Below are positions 1 through 9,739 of a stretch of 64,000 nucleotides of DNA, in pieces. A model generated the notes under the pieces. The model saw only the letters and a list, made by a program, of their open reading frames with translations, searched no databases and was not told the DNA's origin. Within the stretch, counting starts at the first letter, position 1; every line of letters begins with the position of its first letter. The translations under genes and the position numbers were made by a program. The stretch comes from a virus (taxonomy: Duplodnaviria; Caudoviricetes). Location of the stretch: positions 22,625 to 86,624 of IMG/VR virus record IMGVR_UViG_3300026735_000021; one strand, given 5' to 3'.

Positions 1-1726
1 AACACCATTAATTATTGCTCAAATGAGTGCTCCAGCGTTAAAAGATTATATCCAAGCTGACCAGTTCGTTACAACTCTTAAAGATGACGATTATGAGATC
101 GATCTTGAATCAAAATCTGTACATTTAACAAAAAGCGGTGAAATCAAAGCCAATAGTTATTTTAAAAAAGAGTCCGTATATGATGCCAAGAACACATCAA
201 TTATGCATCGAATAAATCAAGCCTTACAAGCTCGATTAATCCAAAAACTTGATGTGGATTACGCTATCATTCAAAATCCTGAAAATCCAAATAATAAAGA
301 TATTGTTATTATAGACCAATTCACAGGACGGATTATGCCTGGTCGTCGATTCAATAATGGATTACATCAAGCATTAGAAGCCAAACACGCAAAAGACGGT
401 GTAGCTATTCAAGATGAAACAGTAACAACCGCAACAATTACACTTCAAAATTTCTTTAGATTATATAACAAAATTTCTGGAATGAGTGGAACAGCTAAAA
501 CAGAAGAAGATGAATTTTCTGAAATTTACAACATGCGCGTTATTCCAATTGAAACGAATAAACCTCTTGCTCGGATTGACTACGATCTTGAATTGTATTC
601 AACAAAAGAAGGAAAATGGAATGCAATTGTTAATAGAATCAAAATCATTAACAAGAAAAAACAACCAATTTTGGTTGGAACATCATCCGTAAAAGATAGC
701 GAATTGTTATCAAAACGACTAAAAGCCGAAAAAATAGAACACGTTGTTTTAAATGCCAAGCAAGATGAGCATGAAGCTCAAATTATAGCCCTTGCCGGAA
801 ATCAATCAGCCGTAACTATCGCCACCAATATGGCAGGTCGAGGAACAGACATCAAACTGGGTGAAAATGTTAAAGAACTTGGTGGTTTATTTGTCCTTAG
901 TACTGAATTAAATGATAGTCGTCGAATCGACGAACAATTAAAAGGTAGAGCCGGTAGGCAAGGCGATCCGGGAGCAACATTAACAATTGCGTCATTACAG
1001 GATAATTTGTTCCAACGATTTGGCGCTCAATCAATACAAGACAAATTAATAGCATCTTGGCCAAAAGATAAACCATTAACTCTAAACAAAACCGTCATAA
1101 AAATCCTACTTGATGCTCAAAAACGAGTGGAAGGATCGAACTATGATTCCCGAAAATCAACCCTTCAATATGATGACATTGTCCGAGAACAACGAACAAT
1201 ATATTATTTAGATCGAAACATCGTTGTTAATGCAAAAACGGTAGATGAATTAATACCACACATTAAAAAAGTCACATTAGCAATTGAACAAAACCCTGAC
1301 CTTAGAGATAAATCCCAATGGCTCAATTGGAAAGATCACCATAACAATAAATCCTTAACTGACGTTACGCTTGACACATTAGATAAAATGCCTGAAACAA
1401 TAGCATTAGAAACAATTAAAGCTATTATTCTAAGCGCAATGGACGCATCTTGGATTGATCATATTGATGCTCTTGACAAATTAAGATCAGGAATTAGTTA
1501 CCGAAGTTACTCAGGTACAAACCCCGTTATTGCGTATCAAACCGAAGCCGCAGAATTATATAATAATCTCATAAATTCAGTATACAAAACCGAAGGTCAA
1601 AATTACTTACGACTCCAATCCTATAAACCTCAAGAACGATCAGATGTTTATGATAATCAATTTAGTAAATCAATAAAAGGCTCTAAAACAAAATCAATGA
1701 AGAATTTTGTACGAACATTACATTAA
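1..1726 (+). CDS. secA: Preprotein translocase ATPase SecA, C-terminal part (5' end outside window); no C-terminal Cys/His zinc finger
   Basis: SecA motifs IVIIDQFTGRIMPGRRF.NGLHQALEAK, TITLQNFFRLY.KISGMSGTA, ATNMAGRGTDI, QLKGRAGRQGDPG, DWIDHID-like helical wing segment; frame is open to the window edge. Confidence 0.95.
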   Translation, partial: TPLIIAQMSAPALKDYIQADQFVTTLKDDDYEIDLESKSVHLTKSGEIKANSYFKKESVYDAKNTSIMHRINQALQARLIQKLDVDYAIIQNPENPNNKDIVIIDQFTGRIMPGRRFNNGLHQALEAKHAKDGVAIQDETVTTATITLQNFFRLYNKISGMSGTAKTEEDEFSEIYNMRVIPIETNKPLARIDYDLELYSTKEGKWNAIVNRIKIINKKKQPILVGTSSVKDSELLSKRLKAEKIEHVVLNAKQDEHEAQIIALAGNQSAVTIATNMAGRGTDIKLGENVKELGGLFVLSTELNDSRRIDEQLKGRAGRQGDPGATLTIASLQDNLFQRFGAQSIQDKLIASWPKDKPLTLNKTVIKILLDAQKRVEGSNYDSRKSTLQYDDIVREQRTIYYLDRNIVVNAKTVDELIPHIKKVTLAIEQNPDLRDKSQWLNWKDHHNNKSLTDVTLDTLDKMPETIALETIKAIILSAMDASWIDHIDALDKLRSGISYRSYSGTNPVIAYQTEAAELYNNLINSVYKTEGQNYLRLQSYKPQERSDVYDNQFSKSIKGSKTKSMKNFVRTLH

Positions 1727-1763
1727 TGCACGTAGAAGCCATATTTATCCCATATGAGAAAGG

Positions 1764-2333
1764 TTGCAAATGGCCAAGGCAAATAGACCAAACATAAAAT
1801 CAAGAACAACAGGGGGCATTATAATTGCCCTCATCATTATAGCTCTAGTTTTTCTCGGAATTAGATTTTTACCACCAGCCTATCAGGTCATGAAACAAGC
1901 AGATGCCACACCCTTTGAGGCTAAAATATTAACATTCAGAAAAGATGCGAAACAAGCACTGACGAACACGCCGAACAAAGAAATTGACACAATTGCAACA
2001 GATCAATCACAAATTCATAAACCCGGCATGATCATATTCTATAAAATAAATTGCCCATTTTGTGAAGCCGCACATCAGGCAATTGAATCAAAAATCAAAG
2101 CTGTAAATACAACATCAGGTCGAAAAAATATTGTTTTTGTAAATGTTGAATCAGATTTAGGAAAAAAACTCGTTAAAAAATATAACATTCGATATGCCGC
2201 ATCAATTACAATATTAAACAAACAAGGTAAATCATTCAACTTTACCCAGGCAGCCTTAGATGATAAACATAACCATGTGGCGGATAACGATAGTATAAAT
2301 AACGCATTTGACAAATATGCATCACTATTTTGA
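1764..2333 (+). CDS. Membrane-anchored thioredoxin-fold protein (CPFC)
   Basis: N-terminal hydrophobic segment (IIIALIIIALVFLGI) then FYKINCPFCEA CxxC motif and thioredoxin-like beta/alpha pattern. Confidence 0.7.
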   Translation: MQMAKANRPNIKSRTTGGIIIALIIIALVFLGIRFLPPAYQVMKQADATPFEAKILTFRKDAKQALTNTPNKEIDTIATDQSQIHKPGMIIFYKINCPFCEAAHQAIESKIKAVNTTSGRKNIVFVNVESDLGKKLVKKYNIRYAASITILNKQGKSFNFTQAALDDKHNHVADNDSINNAFDKYASLF

Positions 2334-2344
2334 AAGGTAACATC

Positions 2345-2491
2345 ATGAAGAAAACCAAATTTCCAATTAAATGGTTAACTCCAAAAGAAATAGTCAACAT
2401 CACAACAAATGTTGTGATAATGGCTTGTTTCACTACAATATTCACAGCAGGAATTGCAGCTGGAATTGCATACCTCATTAGTTTAATATAA
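2345..2491 (+). CDS. secE: Preprotein translocase subunit SecE (48 aa, not in ORF track)
   Basis: Own translation MKKTKFPIKWLTPKEIVNITTNVVIMACFTTIFTAGIAAGIAYLISLI*; matches the SecE pattern (V/I)xWPxxxExxxxTxxV plus one TM helix; RBS GAAAGG upstream; lies directly before secY. Confidence 0.75.
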   Translation: MKKTKFPIKWLTPKEIVNITTNVVIMACFTTIFTAGIAAGIAYLISLI

Positions 2492-2508
2492 AGGGAAAGG
2501 AGCAATAA

Positions 2509-3759
2509 ATGCTGTCAACACTCAAAAACGCAATCAAAATTAAAGATGTACAAAAAAGAATCCTATACACATTTGGAATCCTCATTATATTTCAAATTGG
2601 AATACATATACCATTGCCCGGAATTGATGCTAGTAAAATAGCATCATTACAAAATAATTCACTATTTTCAATGTTAAACTTAACATCAGGTGGAGCAATG
2701 GAATCATTTGGATTATTAGCACTAGGTGCATCACCTTACATCACAGCAAGTATTGTTATTCAATTGTTAGCTCAAGGTATTTTTCCAAAATACACGCTAT
2801 TTTCTAAACAAGGGCGTGTTGGTCAACAGAAACTAGCAACAAGAACTAGATTTTTAACTCTAGTTTTTGGCTTTTTTCAAGCCATGACCTTAATGTCAAC
2901 ACTTCAATATTTAAAAACCCTAGGCTTTGCCCCATCATTTAATTTCACAACTAAAATGCTAATGTGCTTAGTTTTAGGAATGACATCATTATTTGTGGCA
3001 TATCTAGGCGAAATGATAAATGAAAATGGTATCGGAAATGGATTATCATTAATCATTGCATCTGGTATTCTTGTTAATGTCCCATCTTCAATTAATCAAT
3101 GGATTTCCGATTACTTCATCAATACGAAAATATCAGCAAATTCCTTCATGGATATGGGTCTAATTATAATCTTGATTATAGCCCTCATTTTATTTACCGT
3201 ATATATCAACTCAGCTGAATGTCGAATTCCATTGCAATCCATGCAGAGTCCAAATCAAACAAACGCCCATTATTTACCAATAAAATTAATGGCTGGTTCT
3301 GTTATTCCAGTCATATTTGCATCAAGTATCATTTCCATTGGCTCAATGATTACAACAGCTACAGGTAAAACGTATTCGTTCTTGAATTACAATACACTTG
3401 AAGGCGGATCATTATACGCTATTATGATTCTATTATTTGCTTATTTCTACAACGTGGCTCAAATCAATCCCGATAAAGTAGCCGATAATTTAGAAAAATC
3501 AAGTATGTATATCAAAGGCGTACCGCAATCAGAAAATGTATCATTTATTGGTAAAACCGTTATACGATTAACAAACATTGGTGCGCCTGCTCTTGTATTT
3601 ATTGTAATGATTCCAATTATTATCACAAATACAACAAATATAACAACCCTTGATGGTGTGAGCGGAACAGGACTACTTATTGTTGTGGGTGTGTTCACTG
3701 AGTTATATTCACAAATTAATGGTCTTGCCGCAAAACATCAATACCCACACATTCTCTAA
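2509..3759 (+). CDS. secY: Preprotein translocase subunit SecY
   Basis: KRILYT..., HIPLPGID, LALGASPYITASIVIQLL, GEMINENGIGNGLSLII, PIKLMAGSVIPVIFASS, NPDKVADNL, GTGLLIVVGV; about 10 hydrophobic segments. Confidence 0.97.
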   Translation: MLSTLKNAIKIKDVQKRILYTFGILIIFQIGIHIPLPGIDASKIASLQNNSLFSMLNLTSGGAMESFGLLALGASPYITASIVIQLLAQGIFPKYTLFSKQGRVGQQKLATRTRFLTLVFGFFQAMTLMSTLQYLKTLGFAPSFNFTTKMLMCLVLGMTSLFVAYLGEMINENGIGNGLSLIIASGILVNVPSSINQWISDYFINTKISANSFMDMGLIIILIIALILFTVYINSAECRIPLQSMQSPNQTNAHYLPIKLMAGSVIPVIFASSIISIGSMITTATGKTYSFLNYNTLEGGSLYAIMILLFAYFYNVAQINPDKVADNLEKSSMYIKGVPQSENVSFIGKTVIRLTNIGAPALVFIVMIPIIITNTTNITTLDGVSGTGLLIVVGVFTELYSQINGLAAKHQYPHIL

Positions 3760-3771
3760 GAAAGGAATAAT

Positions 3772-3999
3772 ATGCTAATTTTAATTTACACATTACTATT
3801 GATTCTTAGTTTTATTATGGTAATTCTCATCATGAGCCAACCATCAAACCAAGAAACTTTAACAAGTGCGTTCACTGGCGGATCTAATCTTTTCAAGGAG
3901 AACAAGGTTCGAGGTATACAAAAAACACTTAAAAAGTATACTCTAATCACAGCATTACTAATTGCTATACTTGGATTAGTATCACAATTCATACTATAA
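3772..3999 (+). CDS. secG: Preprotein translocase subunit SecG
   Basis: 75 aa, two TM segments flanking Q-P-S...SAFTGGSNLF...RG..K.L.K.T, the SecG pattern. Confidence 0.9.
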   Translation: MLILIYTLLLILSFIMVILIMSQPSNQETLTSAFTGGSNLFKENKVRGIQKTLKKYTLITALLIAILGLVSQFIL

Positions 4000-4033
4000 G
4001 AGATAGAGTGTAATGCTCTATCTCTTTTTTTTT
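3998..4033 (+). terminator. Intrinsic terminator of the sec operon
   Basis: Stem GAGATAGAG/CTCTATCTC, 7-nt loop, followed by a T run. Confidence 0.85.
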
Positions 4034-4047
4034 AAGGAAATATTATC

Positions 4048-4476
4048 ATGGAAAAAAAGAAAATTATAACAATTATCACAGCCGGAATAGCACTAGTCTG
4101 CATTATCATTGGAGCCATTGGCGTCTATAATGCCTCACAAAAATCAATCAATATCAAATCATATAGCACAATGGACATTTATTCCAAGAGCTACAATCAG
4201 CCCAATCTCAACAACCACGTTCGTATTGAATATTATATGATGAAACCCGATAAACTAGCAATCAATACATTAGTGGAAGCATCAAAAACAAACAAATCTA
4301 CGGTGTTCAATGTATATGACTTGACTCGAAAAATCAATTCTGGCGTCAAAAACCGAATGGGATTAAAAGCATCCCATATTCGGGTAATATCAAGAGATAA
4401 CAAACTATTATATTCTAAAGATCGACCATCTGAAAAAGACATTCAGAAGGCTATAACCGTAGCAAAAAAAGGATAA
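4048..4476 (+). CDS. Hypothetical membrane-anchored/exported protein
   Basis: 142-aa ORF with RBS and N-terminal hydrophobic helix. Confidence 0.6.
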   Translation: MEKKKIITIITAGIALVCIIIGAIGVYNASQKSINIKSYSTMDIYSKSYNQPNLNNHVRIEYYMMKPDKLAINTLVEASKTNKSTVFNVYDLTRKINSGVKNRMGLKASHIRVISRDNKLLYSKDRPSEKDIQKAITVAKKG

Positions 4477-4480
4477 TTCC

Positions 4481-4963
4481 ATGAATTTAAAGAATGCGAT
4501 TACAGAAGAAGATATACCTAATATAAAGTTGAACTTATATTCAACTTTTGGTATAATTTTAAACAAACATCATATTGAATCAAATACTGATAGTATAATT
4601 TGGGTCATTAGTCCGATTACAATCAACAAGAAACCCAAATCCGGCATTAGAGCTAAACTAGGATTTGACTTAGAATCAAAATCAACAATAATTCTAAACT
4701 CTAATAATAATAGTTTAGACATTAACTCAGAAGCATTAGTATATAGCATGACCAAACTAATAGAATCAATTAAATCGCCATTATTAACAACAAATGAATC
4801 TGATATGATTGCATATGTTGAAAAACTCAATGATGAATTAACGAATCTCAACAATAATGCCGAATCACCTATTAAAGCCACAGCCAAAATGAAGTCATTA
4901 GGGGATATTCTTGCTATGATTGATCCAAATATTGAAAAATATGCAAAAAAAGGAAAATCATAA
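4481..4963 (+). CDS. Hypothetical protein (paralog of next ORF)
   Basis: Shares DIP.(I/L)K, DSI..W and C-terminal S..DIL..IDPN...Y with 4963..5454. Confidence 0.6.
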   Translation: MNLKNAITEEDIPNIKLNLYSTFGIILNKHHIESNTDSIIWVISPITINKKPKSGIRAKLGFDLESKSTIILNSNNNSLDINSEALVYSMTKLIESIKSPLLTTNESDMIAYVEKLNDELTNLNNNAESPIKATAKMKSLGDILAMIDPNIEKYAKKGKS

Positions 4964-5454
4964 TGTACAAAATAACAACAATAAAAAATGCAAAAAAATT
5001 ATCAGAAATGGATATACCAACACTAAAAAACATATATGGCTTCGTCTTAGCGTCGGGGTCTGACTCTATTGTTTCAACGTGGGTACTAGACTTTGATATA
5101 TCATACAAAAAGAAACGATCAATCATACCGTTTCTTCCTGCCAAATTTTCAGGACATATACAAGCTCATCATGCAATCAATATTCAAAAACTAAACAATA
5201 AATCAAATATAAAATCACAAGAAATTTTAAATGAAATTTCATCAGAAATTCATAAGATGGATGAACCCTACATTGTTGATTCAAAAGCAGAAGCTGTAAA
5301 ATATACAAATATTTTAAACTCTATTTTCGATGAAATTCATAAACACAATAATGATTCTCATTTATATGTTCATACCATGTCTATCTACGATATTCTAAAC
5401 ACAATTGATCCAAACATGAATGAATATTTGAAAACCAGAAAACCACAATCATAA
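4963..5454 (+). CDS. Hypothetical protein (paralog of previous ORF)
   Basis: Translationally coupled (TAATG); shared motifs as above. Confidence 0.6.
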   Translation: MYKITTIKNAKKLSEMDIPTLKNIYGFVLASGSDSIVSTWVLDFDISYKKKRSIIPFLPAKFSGHIQAHHAINIQKLNNKSNIKSQEILNEISSEIHKMDEPYIVDSKAEAVKYTNILNSIFDEIHKHNNDSHLYVHTMSIYDILNTIDPNMNEYLKTRKPQS

Positions 5455-5470
5455 TGATTGTGGTTTTTTT

Positions 5471-6271
5471 TTATTCACGACGGAAACCCGCACCTAATGT
5501 TGATTCCCAAAATGTTGCCCATTTTCCAGCATTACTCATAACTGAGAAATTGCCCATAAATGCGTCCATTGCATATTTGGGCGCTTCTTTTTTATCCCAT
5601 TTAGACACAAGTTCACCTTGCACAACTCGTCGATATTCTGAATTAAAAGAATTACAAGTGACTAATGTTACTACAGGTTTGCCTCTATCCGTAGCTACAC
5701 TATCATCTAAAACATCACTTTGCCATCGAGACACAGCTACTGTATTGTACACTCTATACTGATACACATGATCAACATCATTCAGCCAGATGTCCATACC
5801 TACCGTAACAACGTCTAATGGTGTAAATAACAAATAAGGATTGGCTAATCGATGACTACCTAATGAATAATTACCTTTACCCATAACTTCGCCCGGTTTC
5901 ATTGTAGCCGCACCACTAACAGCATTCAAATTTGTTAAACCATCAAGGACAGGCAACAACATCCCTCTAGCTTGAGGTATAGATACTTCACCAACTAATT
6001 GAACATCACCATCATCAATAGCTTGGGCCGCAGCCGAAACCGACGCTTGATTATAATCTACAATTTTATCTTGTTTCCATCCCGTTCCATCCGGTTTAGA
6101 TTTTGGCTTGACCATTTCCTGAGTCAATAATTTCTGAGGCTCACGTAATGTTTTCCAATATTTGACATTTGGATACAAAAAAGTGGCAGAACCAACAAGA
6201 AGAAGAAGTATTCCTAATAATATATATATCTTATTACGTTTTTTTTTATTTTTCTTTTTTTTGTCTACCAT
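5471..6271 (-). CDS. Sortase (class A-like)
   Basis: Basic N-terminus + TM anchor; GNYSLGSH (catalytic His), VVTLVTC (TLxTC), RRVVQGEL (catalytic Arg). Confidence 0.9.
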   Translation of the reverse strand: MVDKKKKNKKKRNKIYILLGILLLLVGSATFLYPNVKYWKTLREPQKLLTQEMVKPKSKPDGTGWKQDKIVDYNQASVSAAAQAIDDGDVQLVGEVSIPQARGMLLPVLDGLTNLNAVSGAATMKPGEVMGKGNYSLGSHRLANPYLLFTPLDVVTVGMDIWLNDVDHVYQYRVYNTVAVSRWQSDVLDDSVATDRGKPVVTLVTCNSFNSEYRRVVQGELVSKWDKKEAPKYAMDAFMGNFSVMSNAGKWATFWESTLGAGFRRE

Positions 6272-6281
6272 TTAGACCACC

Positions 6282-7025
6282 TTATTTCATAACAACAGAC
6301 ATTCCCGTTATACCAACAAAAATTATCCAAACCCATACAACACAACACATCCAGTTAATTCCTGCAAACAGATATCGTATCAGTTTTTCACGGTGGCTGC
6401 CCGTTCTATAATAAAAGAACTTAGGTTTTCGCCCCCGTTTCATTACTGCACCAGAGCCATAAGTCACATATCCAGAAAATGGATTAAACCAGGCAATACC
6501 TTGCTTGCTAAAGGTATCTTCCACAATATGCCAAAAATAGCCAAACACCATCATATTATAATACGGACTATTTGCAAAATACCCAATACCCGTTAAAACT
6601 AATATTGCCCATATTGTATGCGTTATAGTACGATGCGGTATATATTTACTAAAAGGGAAATACCGGCCCAAATACGACTTATCTGAGTCAATATCAGGTA
6701 ATATAGATCCAACAATTCCTGCCACAAACAATAATAAAATATGAAGAATAATTCCAAACGAAAAGTGTGAAGAAACGGTAGTATATCGATTAAAGAAATA
6801 ACCCATATCATGCCAATTTAAACTAAAGACCGACATAAATACTGAGTTGGCTTCAAATATTAAAAATTTTAAAAATGATACAGTATGAAAAGCCGAATCA
6901 TGTATAAATGATGTGTCAACTTCCCGTAATGTACCACTATCTTCCCACGTTTTTAAAAAATATGATCCAAGTAATGATGTGTTAATTACTCCAGCGGTCA
7001 CTACCATATGCGACTTTCCCATCAT
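6282..7025 (-). CDS. Membrane-bound metal-dependent hydrolase (YdjM/DUF457-like)
   Basis: MMGKSH, GSILPDID, HRTITHT, WHIVEDTFSKQG motifs with TM segments. Confidence 0.8.
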   Translation of the reverse strand: MMGKSHMVVTAGVINTSLLGSYFLKTWEDSGTLREVDTSFIHDSAFHTVSFLKFLIFEANSVFMSVFSLNWHDMGYFFNRYTTVSSHFSFGIILHILLLFVAGIVGSILPDIDSDKSYLGRYFPFSKYIPHRTITHTIWAILVLTGIGYFANSPYYNMMVFGYFWHIVEDTFSKQGIAWFNPFSGYVTYGSGAVMKRGRKPKFFYYRTGSHREKLIRYLFAGINWMCCVVWVWIIFVGITGMSVVMK

Positions 7026-7039
7026 ATGATGATTCCCCC

Positions 7040-7456
7040 CTAAACTAAAGAATGCGAGCCATCATAATACGGATAAAAAGGAATACCCATATAAATCATG
7101 CCCGAAATTAAACACACATTTTGATAATCAGTATTTCCGGCAATATATAACGGATGATTACTTCTAAATCTATATGCTTTTTTGCTAACATTATCTCTAA
7201 TCATTGCATTCAAAATATCAATTGATTCTTCAATATAAAATGATCCAAAAGCCGTACTTATAAACTTAACAAAATTGATTAACGAAATATCAATAACACT
7301 TGTGTCAGGAAAATCAACTTCATCATAAAACGGCTTAATTAAATCGCCATCGCCTTTCGTTATGAAATCCATCAAAGGTTGTTCTAACACCTCTAACATC
7401 ATAAAACTTCGCACTTGATTTGTTTGTGCCAATCTATCACTCCGATCTTTTTTCAT
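7040..7456 (-). CDS. Hypothetical protein
   Basis: 138-aa ORF with upstream promoter-like sequence. Confidence 0.55.
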   Translation of the reverse strand: MKKDRSDRLAQTNQVRSFMMLEVLEQPLMDFITKGDGDLIKPFYDEVDFPDTSVIDISLINFVKFISTAFGSFYIEESIDILNAMIRDNVSKKAYRFRSNHPLYIAGNTDYQNVCLISGMIYMGIPFYPYYDGSHSLV

Positions 7457-7487
7457 TTTAATCTTAATTATATAATACTACATTATA

Positions 7488-7501
7488 GCTGAAATTTCAA
7501 C
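7488..7501. promoter_or_regulatory. Palindromic operator candidate GYTGA-N4-TCARC
   Basis: GCTGAAATTTCAAC overlapping the -35 region of the 7040..7456 promoter. Confidence 0.55.
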
Positions 7502-7507
7502 AGAAAA

Positions 7508-8389
7508 TCACACTTCTATCAAAAACTCAACAGGTGTATTTAACAATTCAGCATAATAAGATATTCCTTTTGTAATTTCATCTTTACTCATATCAATATA
7601 AAGATATACATCATCCCGTCCAGATAATAATATCGCTCTTGATTTGCCATTCTTTTTCAAAGCAGGCATATATCGTCCAAGCATAGACGTAGCCGTTGGT
7701 GCATCATCCACAATATCCGTAGACAACTTATAATAATGATAATCATCCGATAAATTATAAAAATAATTCATCATTTGAGTAAATATAACATCAGGTGTAC
7801 CTTGAAACATCAAACGATTTAATTCAGGAAATACAATCGTATTATAACCAGACACAACTTCAGCATGAGACGTTATCTTAACTTTAGGATCATTAGTTAA
7901 TGTCACAACAGACTCTAACTCAGGCAAAACATTGACATCAACTAAAAGAAGCATTGCTCTTGCTTTTCGTACAAGATCTATAGATGAATTTTCATCTATA
8001 TCAGAAATAAAACTTGTGTTCCCAATTGTTTTATTTGTTGTAATATATGCGGATTTTTGATTAAATAATTTAATCAAATACGTTTCGAGATAATCAGCTT
8101 GTCCTTTAGATAATGAACCATCAACAAAACCAAAACATGCAAAATTTGTCCAATTACTCTTATTAACTAAATGCTTAGAGATTCTTGATTGTATTGATAC
8201 AGCCGACTGACCAACATACACTCGGGATGTATCCCATATCATGTATATTCCAGGACCGTTAAATAACTTATTATTGAGCAAACGGTCAACATCAGATCTT
8301 AATCCTGATATTGTAAAAAAATTCGATAAATTAACAACACTCAAAGAATCATTCGATTCTTTATTAGATTCTATATTTAAAATATTCAC
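7508..8389 (-). CDS. GIY-YIG domain nuclease with uncharacterised C-terminal region
   Basis: PGIYMIW...RVYVGQS...SRI..H, W, YLETYLI, N: all GIY-YIG catalytic positions. Confidence 0.8.
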   Translation of the reverse strand: MNILNIESNKESNDSLSVVNLSNFFTISGLRSDVDRLLNNKLFNGPGIYMIWDTSRVYVGQSAVSIQSRISKHLVNKSNWTNFACFGFVDGSLSKGQADYLETYLIKLFNQKSAYITTNKTIGNTSFISDIDENSSIDLVRKARAMLLLVDVNVLPELESVVTLTNDPKVKITSHAEVVSGYNTIVFPELNRLMFQGTPDVIFTQMMNYFYNLSDDYHYYKLSTDIVDDAPTATSMLGRYMPALKKNGKSRAILLSGRDDVYLYIDMSKDEITKGISYYAELLNTPVEFLIEV

Positions 8390-8440
8390 GTTCGTCCCTC
8401 ACTTTAGTTGTATGTCTCAATAATATTATACCACATTTAT

Positions 8441-8454
8441 ACTGATATTTCGAC
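8441..8454. promoter_or_regulatory. Palindromic operator candidate (variant)
   Basis: ACTGATATTTCGAC at the -35 position of a TG-TATAAT promoter on the - strand. Confidence 0.45.
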
Positions 8455-8649
8455 ATATATTGAAGTTACCTCATAAAGTAATCTTTTCAAGATTAAATTA
8501 ATGATAAATCTATCATTTCATTTTTGATCTATAAAATATTGCACATTCGCGTTAAACCTTCGGTTTCGCTCATCGTGCCGATAAAATTATTGTAAATAAT
8601 TAATACAAAAATTATTATAGGAAATAAACTATAAAAGGACTACAAAATT

Positions 8650-9348
8650 ATGCCACTACCTTTATTAAAAGATACACTACCTTCAAACTGGAGCATTGAG
8701 CCAATGCCATCGCTATTGGCTACTCCTGAATTCATCAATTTCAACAAAACATTGATGGCATTAGAAGCTCAAAATAAACTTAGCCCTGGATACAATGACA
8801 TCTTTAAAGCATTGAATCTGACATCACCTAATGATGTAAAAGTTGTTATATTGGGGCAAGACCCATACCCTCGTGAAAATGATGCGATGGGATTAAGTTT
8901 CTCAGTGAATCCAACCCAACCAATTCCTCGTTCATTAAAAAACATTTACAAAGAATTGGTTGACGATGTTGGTATTGATAATACAACCAAAACAGGTGAT
9001 CTGTCATACTGGGCTAAACAAGGTGTACTATTATTAAATACAACACTCACAACAGAAACAACAAAAACAAATGCCCATCGAAATAAAGGCTGGGAAGAAT
9101 TCACAACAGCTATTATTCAATATTTGAATAATAATGCCACATCTGAAAAACCTATCGTATTTATTCTTTGGGGTAATGCTGCTAAAGAAAAAGGATTCCT
9201 TTTGTCAAACCCTAACGTCTATAAGATCGAATCTCCCCATCCTAGCCCATTCTCAGCTCGAACAGGGTTCTTTGGAAGCAAACCCTTCAGTCAAACCAAC
9301 ATGTTCTTAGAAAGCCATTCAATGGATCCTATTGATTGGAGTGTATAA
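8650..9348 (+). CDS. ung: Uracil-DNA glycosylase, family 1
   Basis: VVILGQDPY, GLSFSV, WAKQGVLLLN, FILWG, HPSPFS motifs. Confidence 0.97.
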   Translation: MPLPLLKDTLPSNWSIEPMPSLLATPEFINFNKTLMALEAQNKLSPGYNDIFKALNLTSPNDVKVVILGQDPYPRENDAMGLSFSVNPTQPIPRSLKNIYKELVDDVGIDNTTKTGDLSYWAKQGVLLLNTTLTTETTKTNAHRNKGWEEFTTAIIQYLNNNATSEKPIVFILWGNAAKEKGFLLSNPNVYKIESPHPSPFSARTGFFGSKPFSQTNMFLESHSMDPIDWSV

Positions 9349-9739
9349 TATGCCATTATTAATGACAGCAATATGTGATTGTTGTAATAAGACAATGCTT
9401 TTTGACATTGATTCCGTATCAAAATCTGACGTTATATATCATGTCCGAAAAAACAAACATTGGCAATATGGCACTAAAGGCTTATTTTGTGAAAAGTGTA
9501 AACATCACTACAAATTAAAAACATGCAAACAATTAGAATTAAAAACAAAACTTAAAAATCAAATAGAATTACTTGAAGTATTCACCCGTGCCCTAACAGT
9601 TACAGACTTTGAAAATGAAACATTTCATTTAGACGAAACAAATACAACAACATGGATGTCTAAAGACGAAGTCGAAATAAACATATTAAAAATTAAAGAA
9701 AAAATATCACAATTAAAAAGAAAGATTACAAATGATTAA
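9332..9739 (+). CDS. Hypothetical protein with two CxxC pairs (possible zinc ribbon)
   Basis: CDCC...FCEKC; coiled-coil-like C-terminus. Confidence 0.5.
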   Translation: MIGVYNMPLLMTAICDCCNKTMLFDIDSVSKSDVIYHVRKNKHWQYGTKGLFCEKCKHHYKLKTCKQLELKTKLKNQIELLEVFTRALTVTDFENETFHLDETNTTTWMSKDEVEINILKIKEKISQLKRKITND

